Positions 1 through 11,264 of a stretch of DNA of 64,000 nucleotides are shown here, one piece after another. The position numbers and the translations under genes were made by a program. The stretch spans positions 62,620,001 through 62,684,000 of the forward strand of contig OZ024745.1 of NCBI GenBank assembly GCA_964016885.1, written 5' to 3'. The notes under the pieces are model-generated. The model saw only the letters and a list, made by a program, of their open reading frames with translations. It ran no database searches and had not been told where the DNA came from. The DNA comes from Eledone cirrhosa (taxonomy: Eukaryota). Position 1 is the stretch's first letter, and each line of letters starts with the position of its first letter.

Positions 1-1349
1 CAAATAGACGTACATACAAAACCTTGCTCGTTTGTATTGCGTGGTGATACATGTGCATTTTATTTACATAAATGTATATTTGCCTGTTTAATGAAGTATA
101 TGGTTGAGAGTGCGTGTGTGTATTTGCATGTGCGTGAGTTGATGTGCATAGGTGTGATTAAATCAGTTGCAGTTGGCAGATAATGTTATATAATGATTTA
201 TTTCAGTTAGTAACACTATAGCGAAAGTGTAAGCATTCACTGGATGTTGCATGGCAGTTTTATTATTTACCTAATGTTCTCCTATCTTAGGAAATAGATA
301 AAACTTAATCAAAAGAATTAATCGCTCCTTCAATATATATTAATCTGACGAATTAAACCTGATTCCAACTGTTAGAATAAAATAAGGCATTTAAGATGAT
401 ATCCCTATTCAACCTAGTTTAGACATCAATCTAGAAAGACTGATAACAATTTATTGTCTCCCTATCTTCATAATATCGATACAATTTTAATTTATTCTAT
501 ACATGTAGAAAGTCAATATTTCATCACTATAAAGTTCAAACTTAGCTGATATGAAAATGTAAAAAAATCAATATCATAAATGCACTTGAGTATTCCCGTC
601 TCTCATTAGACTAAGTTTGTCATATACAATATACCCCATATCCAAATATTATCTATATCATTCCAGCACTTTTATTTCTTTTACACTTTGTATTTCAATA
701 TTTGCAGATTTTGGTGTCCGATGTTATTTTAAGACGTGTTTCCATTTAATAGATCGATGGCAACATATCAGTAGAAAAACGTGACCGATAAAGACAATAA
801 AGTAAAATATGGGAAGAAATGTTTCAGTAAGATGTGATCAATATTGTTAAAAAGCTATTGCTAGTAGTTTGATATTTAGACGACAGACAGCTGGGTCACA
901 ATATCTGAAATGTAAACGGATGAACAGAGGGATCATACTAACGGACGGAGATTGCATTTAATAACCAGGTGGTACGAGGAAGCAGGTGTCCTTTATTATT
1001 AATACCGGTACACTTAATGCACACACACACACATATATATATAATAATAAAGTATATATCCCTACACGCAAAAAGCGTATAGGGACACATGTATTGTCCA
1101 ACCATATGCCAATGTCGTTCAATAGCAGGTTAATAAATTAACGAGCCAGAACATATATGATCAGTTTCGAATCGGTTTCGAGTCTATTTATAGTAGTAGT
1201 AGACTGACCTCCCTGCCTCTGCTTCTATCTTTACACACGGCACTGGACAGAATTGCTTCCACATCATTCAATCTCATCTAGGAAACAATTTTGAATAGCG
1301 ACAGTTCGTAATTTGAACTCGGGAATTTTATATTCTCCGAGTGAAAAGA

Positions 1350-1436
1350 ACCTTGTGAAGAGAGTTTATCTTTTCAATGGAAGCCCGCAAGGACTGTACA
1401 TTTATTTTTGAGACTCGAAACCGATTCGGTAAAGGT
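1350..1436 (+). ncRNA. Type I hammerhead ribozyme relic (core C3 mutated to G)
   Basis: ACCTT-GTGAAGA-GAGTTT..AGACTC-GAAA-CCGATTCGG-TA-AAGGT. Stems I, II and III all pair. Lies in a ~470 bp island between microsatellites. Confidence 0.6.
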
Positions 1437-1506
1437 AACCATAGTAAGTACAGTGAATTTTTTGAAATTTATTTTGAAACTCTTTCTTATGTGTTAAACC
1501 TTGATT

Positions 1507-1556
<50 letters not shown>

Positions 1557-1566
<10 letters not shown>

Positions 1567-2441
1567 TAGGATTTCGCTTCAAGCATAGCTTTATACAATA
1601 TGTATAAGTATTTCGTATCTCCAAGGAAATACGGTTTTAGGAAGCCGTAGCTATGCAAACACCGGTGGGCTAACGCCCTCTGGTGATGTCCAGCAGAAGC
1701 AAGTGGGACAACCGTCTATGCATTTCAGGCTTAACTGGCCTTCGTCAGGACGGTCTCTCCCACCGCTTGCGACTGCTGGACTAGAAGACAGCCGAGAATA
1801 TATACATTTCTCGTCTGTGTAAATGAGGTGATTAATCTCATTTGCATATGAAGCTGCATAAGTTGACTTAACTTATAATAAAAAAGAAATAGGATTTCGC
1901 TTCAAGCATAGCTTTATACAATATGTATACATATTTCGTATCTCCAAGGAAATACGCTTTTAGGAAGCCGTAGCTATGCAAACACCGGTGGGCTAACGCC
2001 CTCTGGTGATGTCCTGTTGGCGCCAACTTATGCAGCTTCATATGCAAATTAGATTAATCACCTCATTTACACAGACGAGAAATGTATGTATTCTCGGCTG
2101 TCTTCTAGTCCAGCAGTCACAAGCGGTGGGAGGGACCTCCTGACGAAGGCCAGTTAAGCCTGAACTGCATAGACGGTTGTCCCCCTTGCTTCTGCTGGAC
2201 ATCACCAGAGGGCGTTAGCCCAACAGTGTTTGCATAACTACGGCTTCCTAAAACCGTATTTCCTTGGAGATACGAAATATTTATACATATTGTATAAAGC
2301 TATGCTTGAAGCGAAATCCTATTTCTTTTTTATTATAAGTTGAGACAACTTATGCAGCTTCATATGCAAATGATATTAATCACCTCATTTACACAGACGA
2401 GAAATGTATATAATCTCGGCTGTCTTCTAGTCCAGCAGTCA
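1557..2441. mobile_element. Retrozyme-like element, family A (323 bp monomer; 1.4 direct copies then 1.3 inverted copies), flanked by (TA)n
   Basis: The repeat restarts at 1564 and 1887. The reverse-complement copy runs 2024-2441. The junction is the palindrome GTTGGCGCCAAC. Contains a hammerhead. Confidence 0.85.
1711..1754 (-). ncRNA. Minimal type I hammerhead ribozyme (family A)
   Basis: ACCGTC-CTGACGA-AGGC cagttaa GCCT-GAAA-TGCA-TA-GACGGT. Perfect 6 bp stem I, 4 bp stem II, palindromic stem III. A mutated copy (GAAC) lies on + at 2135-2177. Confidence 0.9.
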
Positions 2442-2452
2442 TATATATATAT

Positions 2453-3238
2453 ATTTGTCTGACCCGAATTTTCTTGGTCGTTTTTTCGGCTGTGCGAATG
2501 ATTTTAAGCATTGTCTCAGTGTGTTGGTATTTAAACGTTAGTTATAGCTCTGGTTTATCCAAACTATTGAGCCCTTTGCCACGCATTTCGAAGATTGTGT
2601 TTCGCTATTTCGTGGGCCGAGATTCCGATTCTCGATAATTTATTTGTATTTACCTCCAATCTTTAGCTATTGACAGTTAATTTTATTGATTTTTTAGTTG
2701 ATCTTATTGACTGATGAATAGCTCATGTTAATTTTAACCCGTCTGTTGAGTACTCTAATTCGATATGTGATATTTTGTATTTTTACAATAATATACACTA
2801 CTGAATTCATTCGCCTAATATATTGGTTCCCTCCCTTGCTAGATCCCACGTGGATTTAGTAACGGGTTCCTTTGTATATTTGAACGAAATGCCTGTTGAG
2901 AAAGTGGTTTCCTCGTTCATCATTCTACCAGAAGCCGGATATTTTCTATGTAAGCTGGCGGTAACTGATTTAGGAGCCGCAGAAACCAAAATGCTGGAAT
3001 TTACTATCCTTCTAGCGGGTCCGGGTAAAGATTTTTCATTCATATATATTATTATTTGTCTGACCCGAATTTTCTTGGTCGTTTTTTCGGCTGTGCAAAT
3101 GATTTTAAGCATTGTGTCAGTGTGTTGGTATTTAAATGTTAGTTATAGCTCTGGTTTATCCAAACTATTGAGGCCTTTGCCACTCATTTCGAAGATTGTG
3201 TTTCGCTATTTCGTGGGCCGAGATTCCGATTCTCGATA

Positions 3239-3245
<7 letters not shown>
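2453..3245. mobile_element. Partial tandem repeat element (601 bp period) between (TA)n tracts
   Basis: 2453-2645 is nearly identical to 3053-3245. Same partial-tandem layout as the neighbouring hammerhead elements. Confidence 0.6.
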
Positions 3246-3277
<32 letters not shown>

Positions 3278-3283
<6 letters not shown>

Positions 3284-3430
3284 AGTATGCGGTAAGATAC
3301 CAGGTGGACCATAACCAAACCAGATTACTCAATACTTGGGGTAGTGTAGTGGGTAATATGAAAAGATTCAGGACCCCGTCGGCCGAGCTTCGGCCGTTTC
3401 GATTATTTGAAGTTTAATTGAAAATTAATT
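3278..3430 (-). mobile_element. Truncated family B' element (3' half of a hammerhead plus tail)
   Basis: Similar to 34231-34351 and 51081-51210. Minus strand reads GAAAC-GGCC gaagctc GGCC-GAC-GGGGTC. Confidence 0.65.
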
Positions 3431-3634
3431 GAAGAGAGAGGTAGAACACTGGAATGTAATATCCGTAGTGGTAGAGCACTCAGTCCATGGGACCAGTTAG
3501 GTAGAAGTGGTAACACAACAGTTAGTTCACCAGACCGAGAACAATTGTTTCACCTTAGCGGATCTTCAGCTGAAGATCTGCTAAGGTGAAACAATTGTTC
3601 TCGGTATGGTGAACTAACTGTTGTGTTACCACTT
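3430..3634. mobile_element. Family B hammerhead element with fold-back palindrome (3505-3634)
   Basis: 65 bp arms with 2 mismatches, centred on CAG|CTG. Each arm reads CTGAAGA-TC(C/T)GCTAAGGT-GAAAC-AATT-GTT-CTCGG. Confidence 0.85.
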
Positions 3635-3728
3635 ATATATATACATATATATAAATATATACATATATATAATACAAATAGTGAAAACAATGAAATTAAA
3701 CAAAATACGGGTACTTCATAGTAAAACA

Positions 3729-3865
3729 CATTATTTTACGATCGTTTCTGTGGGGTAGTTCTCCGTATGTTCATTCTATTAGTGATCTAGGTAAAATATA
3801 TTACAAATTATCAAAGTAACAAATTATACATACGTCTTCCCTACCCGCCGTCTTCAGAAATAATG
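3729..3865 (-). ncRNA. Type I hammerhead with ~100 nt stem II domain
   Basis: CATTATTT-CTGAAGA-..GGGTAG..CGTATG[loop]CATACG..CTACCC..-GAAAC-GATC-GTA-AAATAATG. Perfect 8 bp stem I. The host island also has an inverted repeat, 3671-3699/3991-4019. Confidence 0.8.
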
Positions 3866-4154
3866 AGTTTTGTTTATTGAAGAATATAAAAATATGTATG
3901 AATAAGAACAAGGTTGAGATTGACCAATAGTAAACATAGGAAGGGGAAATATAGATGATTAAGCTGGTAGTAGTAGATGAATAAATTAATTTAATTTCAT
4001 TGTTTTCACTATTTGTATTATTTTGACTCTGCTTCCAATGAATTATATCGTCGAAATTTTGGATTTTCAAATTTGCTTCACGACATCTTCTACATACGGA
4101 TTACATTGATTTCTTCATACGGCTTGGACCCTACCATTAATTGGTGGATTTATC

Positions 4155-4159
<5 letters not shown>

Positions 4160-4187
<28 letters not shown>

Positions 4188-4188
4188 G

Positions 4189-4227
<39 letters not shown>

Positions 4228-4255
4228 GGGGGAAGAGAGATAAATAGATAGATAA

Positions 4256-4320
<65 letters not shown>
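4160..4320. repeat. Compound (TA)n-(GA)n-(GATA)n microsatellite
   Basis: Direct reading. Confidence 0.95.
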
Positions 4321-4519
4321 AAAGTTGTTAATACAACCATGTAAAGAAAGGCAAATAACATTTCAAAGCTCATTACGATTTTATAGTCCACGGCAATTTC
4401 GATAAGAGACAATCGGTATAATTCCAATTAAGATTATTATAACAGGGATTAATATTCCTGTTATCTTAACGAAATAATCGTCAATCAATAAAATGTTTTA
4501 ATTTCAATCCTAGTTATTA

Positions 4520-4700
<181 letters not shown>

Positions 4701-4703
4701 ATG

Positions 4704-4907
4704 AGTAGTAACACAAAAGTTAGTTGACCATACCGAGAACAATTGTTTCACCTTATGCGGATCTCCGGCTCGGACTGAAGATCCGCCTAAGTTGAAACAA
4801 TGGTACTCGGTATGGTGAAATAACTGCTGTGTTACTACTTCTACCAAACTCGTCCCATGGACTGAGTGCTCTACTACTACGGATATTACCTTCCAGGGGT
4901 CTACCCT
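4704..4907. mobile_element. Family B hammerhead element, fold-back copy with diverged arms
   Basis: Homologous to 3430-3634. The minus arm supplies stem I (CCGAG...CTCGG). The plus arm has CTGAAGA..GAAAC-AATG-GTA-CTCGG. Confidence 0.8.
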
Positions 4908-4908
4908 T

Positions 4909-4980
<72 letters not shown>

Positions 4981-5042
4981 CGTAAAATAAGAACATTTAA
5001 AAAAAAAAAAAAAAAAAATTAACTTACTTACTTAAATTTTCA

Positions 5043-5122
5043 CTCCAACTAATTAGTTTCTGCAATGGGATAAAGACATTTACGTAATGAACTGTTGAGA
5101 ATTTCATTGCGTCATCAGGGAG
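5043..5122 (-). ncRNA. Type I hammerhead (family C, inverted copy)
   Basis: Reverse complement of 5663-5742 with intact core. Confidence 0.8.
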
Positions 5123-5662
5123 ATCATTCTCAGCCAAGTCTGTCTTTATCCCATTGCAGAAACTAATTAGTTGGAGTGAAAATTTAAGTAAGTAAGTTAA
5201 TTTTTTAAAAGATTTTTTTTAAAATTTTCTTATTTTACGTCTTTTATATTATTGTTCTGCATCCTCCTGCATTGAACCACCTAGGTACTATGACATAACC
5301 TGTGTATTTGCTGGCATTAGCGTACATCTGTGCGCTTATGTTAGTAGATATATTAAATTATCTATATTTATCTCCAAATCACTGATTTGTCGAGCAAACC
5401 TGCCAAAACCACTTCTAAAATTTTTTTTTTTTTGGGGGGGGGGGTGTTAGTAGGCGTCTGTCATCTTACCATCCCATTCCTACTGACTAGCCTCTGTGTC
5501 ACGTGATTGATTCTTTAGAATCGGCCATATGACCAGTAGCAGTGAGAATTTTCAGTACCTGGAATCCAGTCCTCGATAGCTGTTCCATTTACCGAATTAT
5601 TATTATTATTTTTATGAGTCCCCAGTGTCCGCGCATTGCCTGGAGACTTGGCTGAGAATGAT

Positions 5663-5742
5663 CTCCCTGATGACGCAATGAAATTCTCAACAGTTCCTTA
5701 CGTAACTGTCTTTATCCCATTGCAGAAACTAATTAGTTGGAG
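5663..5742 (+). ncRNA. Type I hammerhead with extended stem II (family C)
   Basis: CTCC-CTGATGA-C-GCAATG[37 nt incl. ACAGTT/AACTGT hairpin]CATTGC-A-GAAAC-TAATTA-GTT-GGAG. Confidence 0.8.
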
Positions 5743-5959
5743 TGAAAATTTAAGTAAGTAAGTTAATTTAAAAAAAATTTTTTTTTTTAATTTTCTTATT
5801 TTACGTCTTTTATATTATTGTTCTGCATCCTCCTGCATTGAACCACCTAGGTACTATGACATAACCTGTGTATTTGCTGGCATTAACGTACATCTGTGCG
5901 CTTATGTTAGTAGATATATTAAATTATCTATATATATATATATATAGTATATATATATT

Positions 5960-6082
5960 AAACCTTCACCCTGATCACCTTGACCGACCAGCCTGTCGGG
6001 CGCCATTCGGCGCCGCTGGTCACAGCACGTGCTGTTTTAGCCTGACGATGACGCCATCCCACTGACTGGTCGGGCAGGCCGA
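5960..6082 (-). mobile_element. GC-rich structured fragment, probably a SINE/LINE 3' tail
   Basis: Several hairpins (GACCAGC/GCTGGTC, GGCGCC x2, ACAGCACGTGCTGT) between microsatellites. The resemblance to an octopus SINE tail is from memory only. Confidence 0.4.
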
Positions 6083-6088
6083 TATTAT

Positions 6089-6144
<56 letters not shown>

Positions 6145-6202
6145 CTGTAGACTTAGCACTTTCCTGTAAACAAGTGCTATTATGCCTTTTATCATGTTAC
6201 CT

Positions 6203-6272
6203 TATTTTATCTGATGAGAACACAAGTTTTCTCCCAGGATGAATTTGTATTCGAAATGCGCATAATAAAATA
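6203..6272 (+). ncRNA. Type I hammerhead ribozyme
   Basis: TATTTTAT-CTGATGA-GAA(C)ACAAGTTT..GAATTTGT(A)TTC-GAAA-TGCGCA-TA-ATAAAATA. Perfect 8 bp stem I, palindromic stem III. Sits in a 170 bp island between microsatellites. Confidence 0.88.
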
Positions 6273-6304
6273 CATGGAAATATTTTAACCATCTTTTAAT
6301 TCCT

Positions 6305-6349
<45 letters not shown>

Positions 6350-6582
6350 TAAATATATATATTTATTTATACATATATATATGTGTGTGTATGTATATAT
6401 ATATGTGTACATATATATATATGTATATGTGTGTGTGTGTGTATGTGTGTAGATATATATAAATGTTTCATCCATTCAAGATGGTTAAAATGTAACAGTC
6501 TAGTACTGGAGTGGATTCTTCTTCCATATCTCTTTCTTATTTCCACTCTCTCTTATTCTCTATCCTTCTAAGGAAGAAATAA

Positions 6583-7069
<487 letters not shown>

Positions 7070-9399
7070 GAGCAGGATATAATTATTGTTCAGCAATATA
7101 CAAGCCAAACACTGAATTGTAAAAACACAGTCTTATTAGTTTCACGCTTGAAAATTGACTTAATGAAATCCGGTGTGTTTATGGTTGTATTTGTGTTAGT
7201 GTGTGTGAGAGAGACTGCGGTTATACGTTTCTGCTTTCTTAAAGCGACACTTATTGTGTAAAGATTTGTTGAAAACTTTACCATCTAGACCATTTCCTAA
7301 CTCGTTCCATGCATAACATTGTGTCCCCTTTCTTGTCAGTGGTAGCATTGATTTAAATGATATTCAGGATCTTCGACGTAAGTTGTCAAAAGCAAGGTTT
7401 ACCATAGGGATATCTTTTGTTTATATTTTTATTTAATGGCAACATTGTTTCTTATTGTTCTTCACTGGTTGATAGGAGACAATTTATTTCGTAGATTCTT
7501 TTTATTCATAATAATTTTGGGCAAGATTAAATTGAAAATACTCACAAAACAAATTTCGTCTTTGAAAGATAATTTAAATGAAAAGAGATTATCTTCGTAT
7601 TCGCAAGCTGAATAATTTCTAACGGCTGTTTAGAACGCAAGAGGCCATCATACTAAACTGTTCGATTTGCATATACTTGATCGACGTATCAAATATAGTA
7701 AAACCATACTAACCTATTTAGAAAGCAAATATGCTTTTAGAATAATAATCTAATATATCTGTTACACACTGTCTGCAGAGAACGGTTATATTGTAATTTT
7801 AATTTGGTTCGTTCTTGAAGCATAAACAATTGACTATACTTTGGATTCTACAAACTGATATGTTTTCAAAAACCATAGCAGTTTTAGCTTATATTTTAAT
7901 TTTCATATAATTATATAAGTTTTGCTCGATAGATTTAACATGTCACTATCGGAAACGATTGAGGAATCATGACAGAGGAAGTATAACTTTTCGAGTATGT
8001 ATCCCGATATATAAAATACATTGAGTTTACTGAGGAAGAATCCGAACGTTTTCTAAACTGTTATAATAAACTTGAAAAATATTTAACTATAAATGCGATA
8101 ATTTACAAGCTTTCAGTAAAGCAGAATTGAAAGTTAGCATATAGCTGGACGGCAAAGTTGAGAACCGATATAAGGTATCAATTATCTGTATAAAATATCA
8201 AATCTAAGAAAAATATGTTTCTGTCCAAAGTGTACTTACAAATGCAGGGAAAATGCTGAAGTAATAATTGACAAAACTGTTGTGGGGATAGGATGAGTAC
8301 GACATTCCACTTTACATAGTTTTTGGATATTTTCCAGAAATACTATGACGACCTATATGCTTTCAATAATACATTATTCTAATGGAAAAGAAGTATGCAA
8401 ACCATTAAAAGTTTAGTATGGTGATCGAATATGTATGGTGCTTGAAGCAAAATCAAACCATCTACAACTTAGACTCACATTGTACATACGTATTTACTAG
8501 AAATCATATCATATTGAATTTTATAATCTAAACATATTTGTAGATTTATTATGTATTTCAAATACCAATAATATATAAACGGGTCCTAATAACAATTTCA
8601 GAATGAGTCTATCAAATTATATGGATATTTTTAGAAAAAGAAATTAACTTCCCATAATACAATTTCTAAGAAATTTGAATGGAAAAAAATAGATGATAAT
8701 ATAAAAATATAATCAAAATGAATAATAATTACAGTCGATAATTACTTAGTAGATGAATATTGAAAAAGATTCATTTCTGAATGATTCTGTGTAGGATATT
8801 ATTATCATCACACAATTTACTTTTCATGTTTACCTCCAACCTTCATATGAATAAAGACTACACAAATTATTGGTTTTATATTTTAGAATTTTCACTATAT
8901 TAATTTCCAATATTGAATTTCTGCTCGAACCCTTTCAGTGACTGAACTACCAGGTTTAATACATTTTAAATTCCTCTCGGCATCAACTATAATTATAAAT
9001 ATCTATAAGTTTGAATGTGTGAGATTCTTCCTTAAATTTAGAATAGTGTTTATCCATTTTATGTCTTTCCCTTTTCTAATTTCCACATTCACCAAGAAAA
9101 TAATACAAGTTATTTATCATAAATTACTACAAATGTATATAGGAAGGCCAAGGTTAATTGCATTGTGTTTTAGTTTAGGCAAATATATTGATAATTGCTT
9201 TGATTCAAAGTTCATTTAATGCAGAAGGAATAGGTATTAACTAATCGTATTTATAACAAGGCTTGAACAAGTCAATCGAGACTGGATTGAAATGTATATA
9301 TATATAACCAAAGGGGATATACTGATTTTAGTTTCTCCTAAATAAATCATTGCTAGGTTGTACTTGCAGATTCAAGATGGAACATATGACTGATCACAG

Positions 9400-9760
9400 C
9401 TGAACTTTAAGAGGTGTCGCTTACTCTCTCAATCAAAACCAGTAATAGCGGGTATTGGCTTAGTCAGCTGGAATATGTAGACAATATGGTAGTACTTAAC
9501 TTGTCAGGAGATGATATTTGACATACCCTGGATAGGTTTAATGCGGTGCTGTACGGCAAGAATGAATATAATTTCTGCGGAGACTGAGATACTTGTCTTC
9601 TTGAGGAAGCCTATCCTCTGCATTTTACAATTGATTGGAACTACACTGAACAGGTCGAGATGTCATTAGAGCCGTCTTTATGAAGGATAGAATGCATGAG
9701 GCTGCATTAAGAGCAATAATTGCAGTTGATGGTGCAGTGATGTGCCAGCTTCAGCATTTG
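9400..9760 (+). pseudogene. RTE-clade LINE reverse transcriptase relic
   Basis: Translates to LSQLEYVDNMVVLNLSGDD..LDRF, which aligns with the (F)ADDMVLL region of the RTE at 33200-33330. Confidence 0.55.
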
Positions 9761-9940
9761 GTCATCGGTGTAAACGCCCATTCCTTTTCTTCAATTCGAT
9801 ATTAGTGGTAATCTATATCTATGTTCATGAACCTCGATTAATGACGGAAAGAATACGATCGTTAATAAATAGTGTGTTTAAACTGATATACACATGCACA
9901 CACACGCAAACACACGCATAAACATATATTAAGTATATTT

Positions 9941-9973
<33 letters not shown>

Positions 9974-10161
9974 GTACATACATATATGTATACAGACGTA
10001 CAGTAGTATGTATATATACATACATGCACACATATATATATGTACGTATGGATTCACCGAACATTTATTATAATGCTCGGTGTGTTTGTAAACAAACATC
10101 CCGTATTAAGCCGTAGTGTCCAGCAACCACCGTTGCTCATTTCTTCAACACTGACAAAGGA

Positions 10162-10204
10162 ACGCTGTACTAGTTTCAAGCTTATTAGCTATCGTCAGCA
10201 ACGT
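10162..10204 (-). ncRNA. Minimal type I hammerhead (family E)
   Basis: ACGTTG-CTGACGA-T-AGCT aata AGCT-T-GAAAC-TA-GTA-CAGCGT. The second copy (10594-10636) has a mutated GAAA. Confidence 0.88.
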
Positions 10205-11221
10205 ATACCTTCCTGCCAGATGATTGAACGTCTGAAAGTATATACTTTCCTTATGCATATTAACGGCTGAGCAGCCTAATTTGCATATCGAGTGAGTTAA
10301 TTGGCCGGGCGTACCGAACAGGATAAACGAAAAAAATGAAACGAAATTTCATTTCTCACTCTTAGTACGGCTGTTAGTTAAATATAAGTATATATATCTA
10401 CATACATATATGCATACAAACGTACAGTAGTATGTATATATATATATATATACATGCATACATATATATTTGTACGTATGGATTCACTGAACATTTGTTA
10501 CAATGCTCGGTGTGTTTGTAAACAAACATCCCGAATTAAGCCGTACAGTGTCTAGTAACCATCGTTGCTCATTTGTTCATCACTGACAAAGGAACGCTGT
10601 AATAGTTTGAAGCTTATTAGCTATCGTCAGCAACGTATACCTTCCTGCCAGATGAGTGAACGTCTGAAAGTATATACTTTCCTTATGCATATTAACGGCT
10701 GAGCAGCCTAATTTGCATATCGAGTGAGTTAATCGGCCGGGCGCACCGAACAGGATAAACGAAAAAAATGAAACGAAATTTCATTTCTCACTCTTAGTAC
10801 AGCTTTTACTTAAATATAAGTATGTATACGTACATACATATATGTATACAGACGTACAGTAGTATGTATATATATATATACATACATGCACACATATATA
10901 TATATATATGTACGTATGGATTCACCGAACATTTATTATAATGCTCGGTGTGTCTGTAAACAAACATCCCGAATTAAGCCGTACAGTGTTTAGCAACCAT
11001 CGTTGCTCATTTGTTCAACACTGACAAAGGAACGCTGTACTAGTTTCAAGCTTATTAGCCAGATGCAGCCTCATGCCTTCCATCCTTCATTTTTTCCGTT
11101 TATCGTTTTCGGTGCACCCGGCCGATTAACTCACTCGATATGTAAATTAGGCTGCTCAGCCGTTAATATGCATAAGGAAAATATATACTTTCAGCCGTTC
11201 AATCATCTGGCATGAAGGTAT

Positions 11222-11264
11222 ACGTTGCTGACGATAGCTAATAAGCTTGAAACTAGTACAGCGT
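11222..11264 (+). ncRNA. Minimal type I hammerhead (family E, inverted copy, intact)
   Basis: Identical motif on the + strand. Confidence 0.88.

Larger units (their letters stand above)
4971..5935. mobile_element. Retrozyme-like element, family C (566 bp monomer; inverted piece plus 1.4 tandem copies), flanked by (TA)n
   Basis: The sequence from 5141 repeats at 5707. 4971-5140 is the reverse complement of ~5645-5815. Confidence 0.85.

Noticed and set aside
2704-2795. Hammerhead starting at CTGATGA 2711
   Set aside because: No GAAA or stem III in register.
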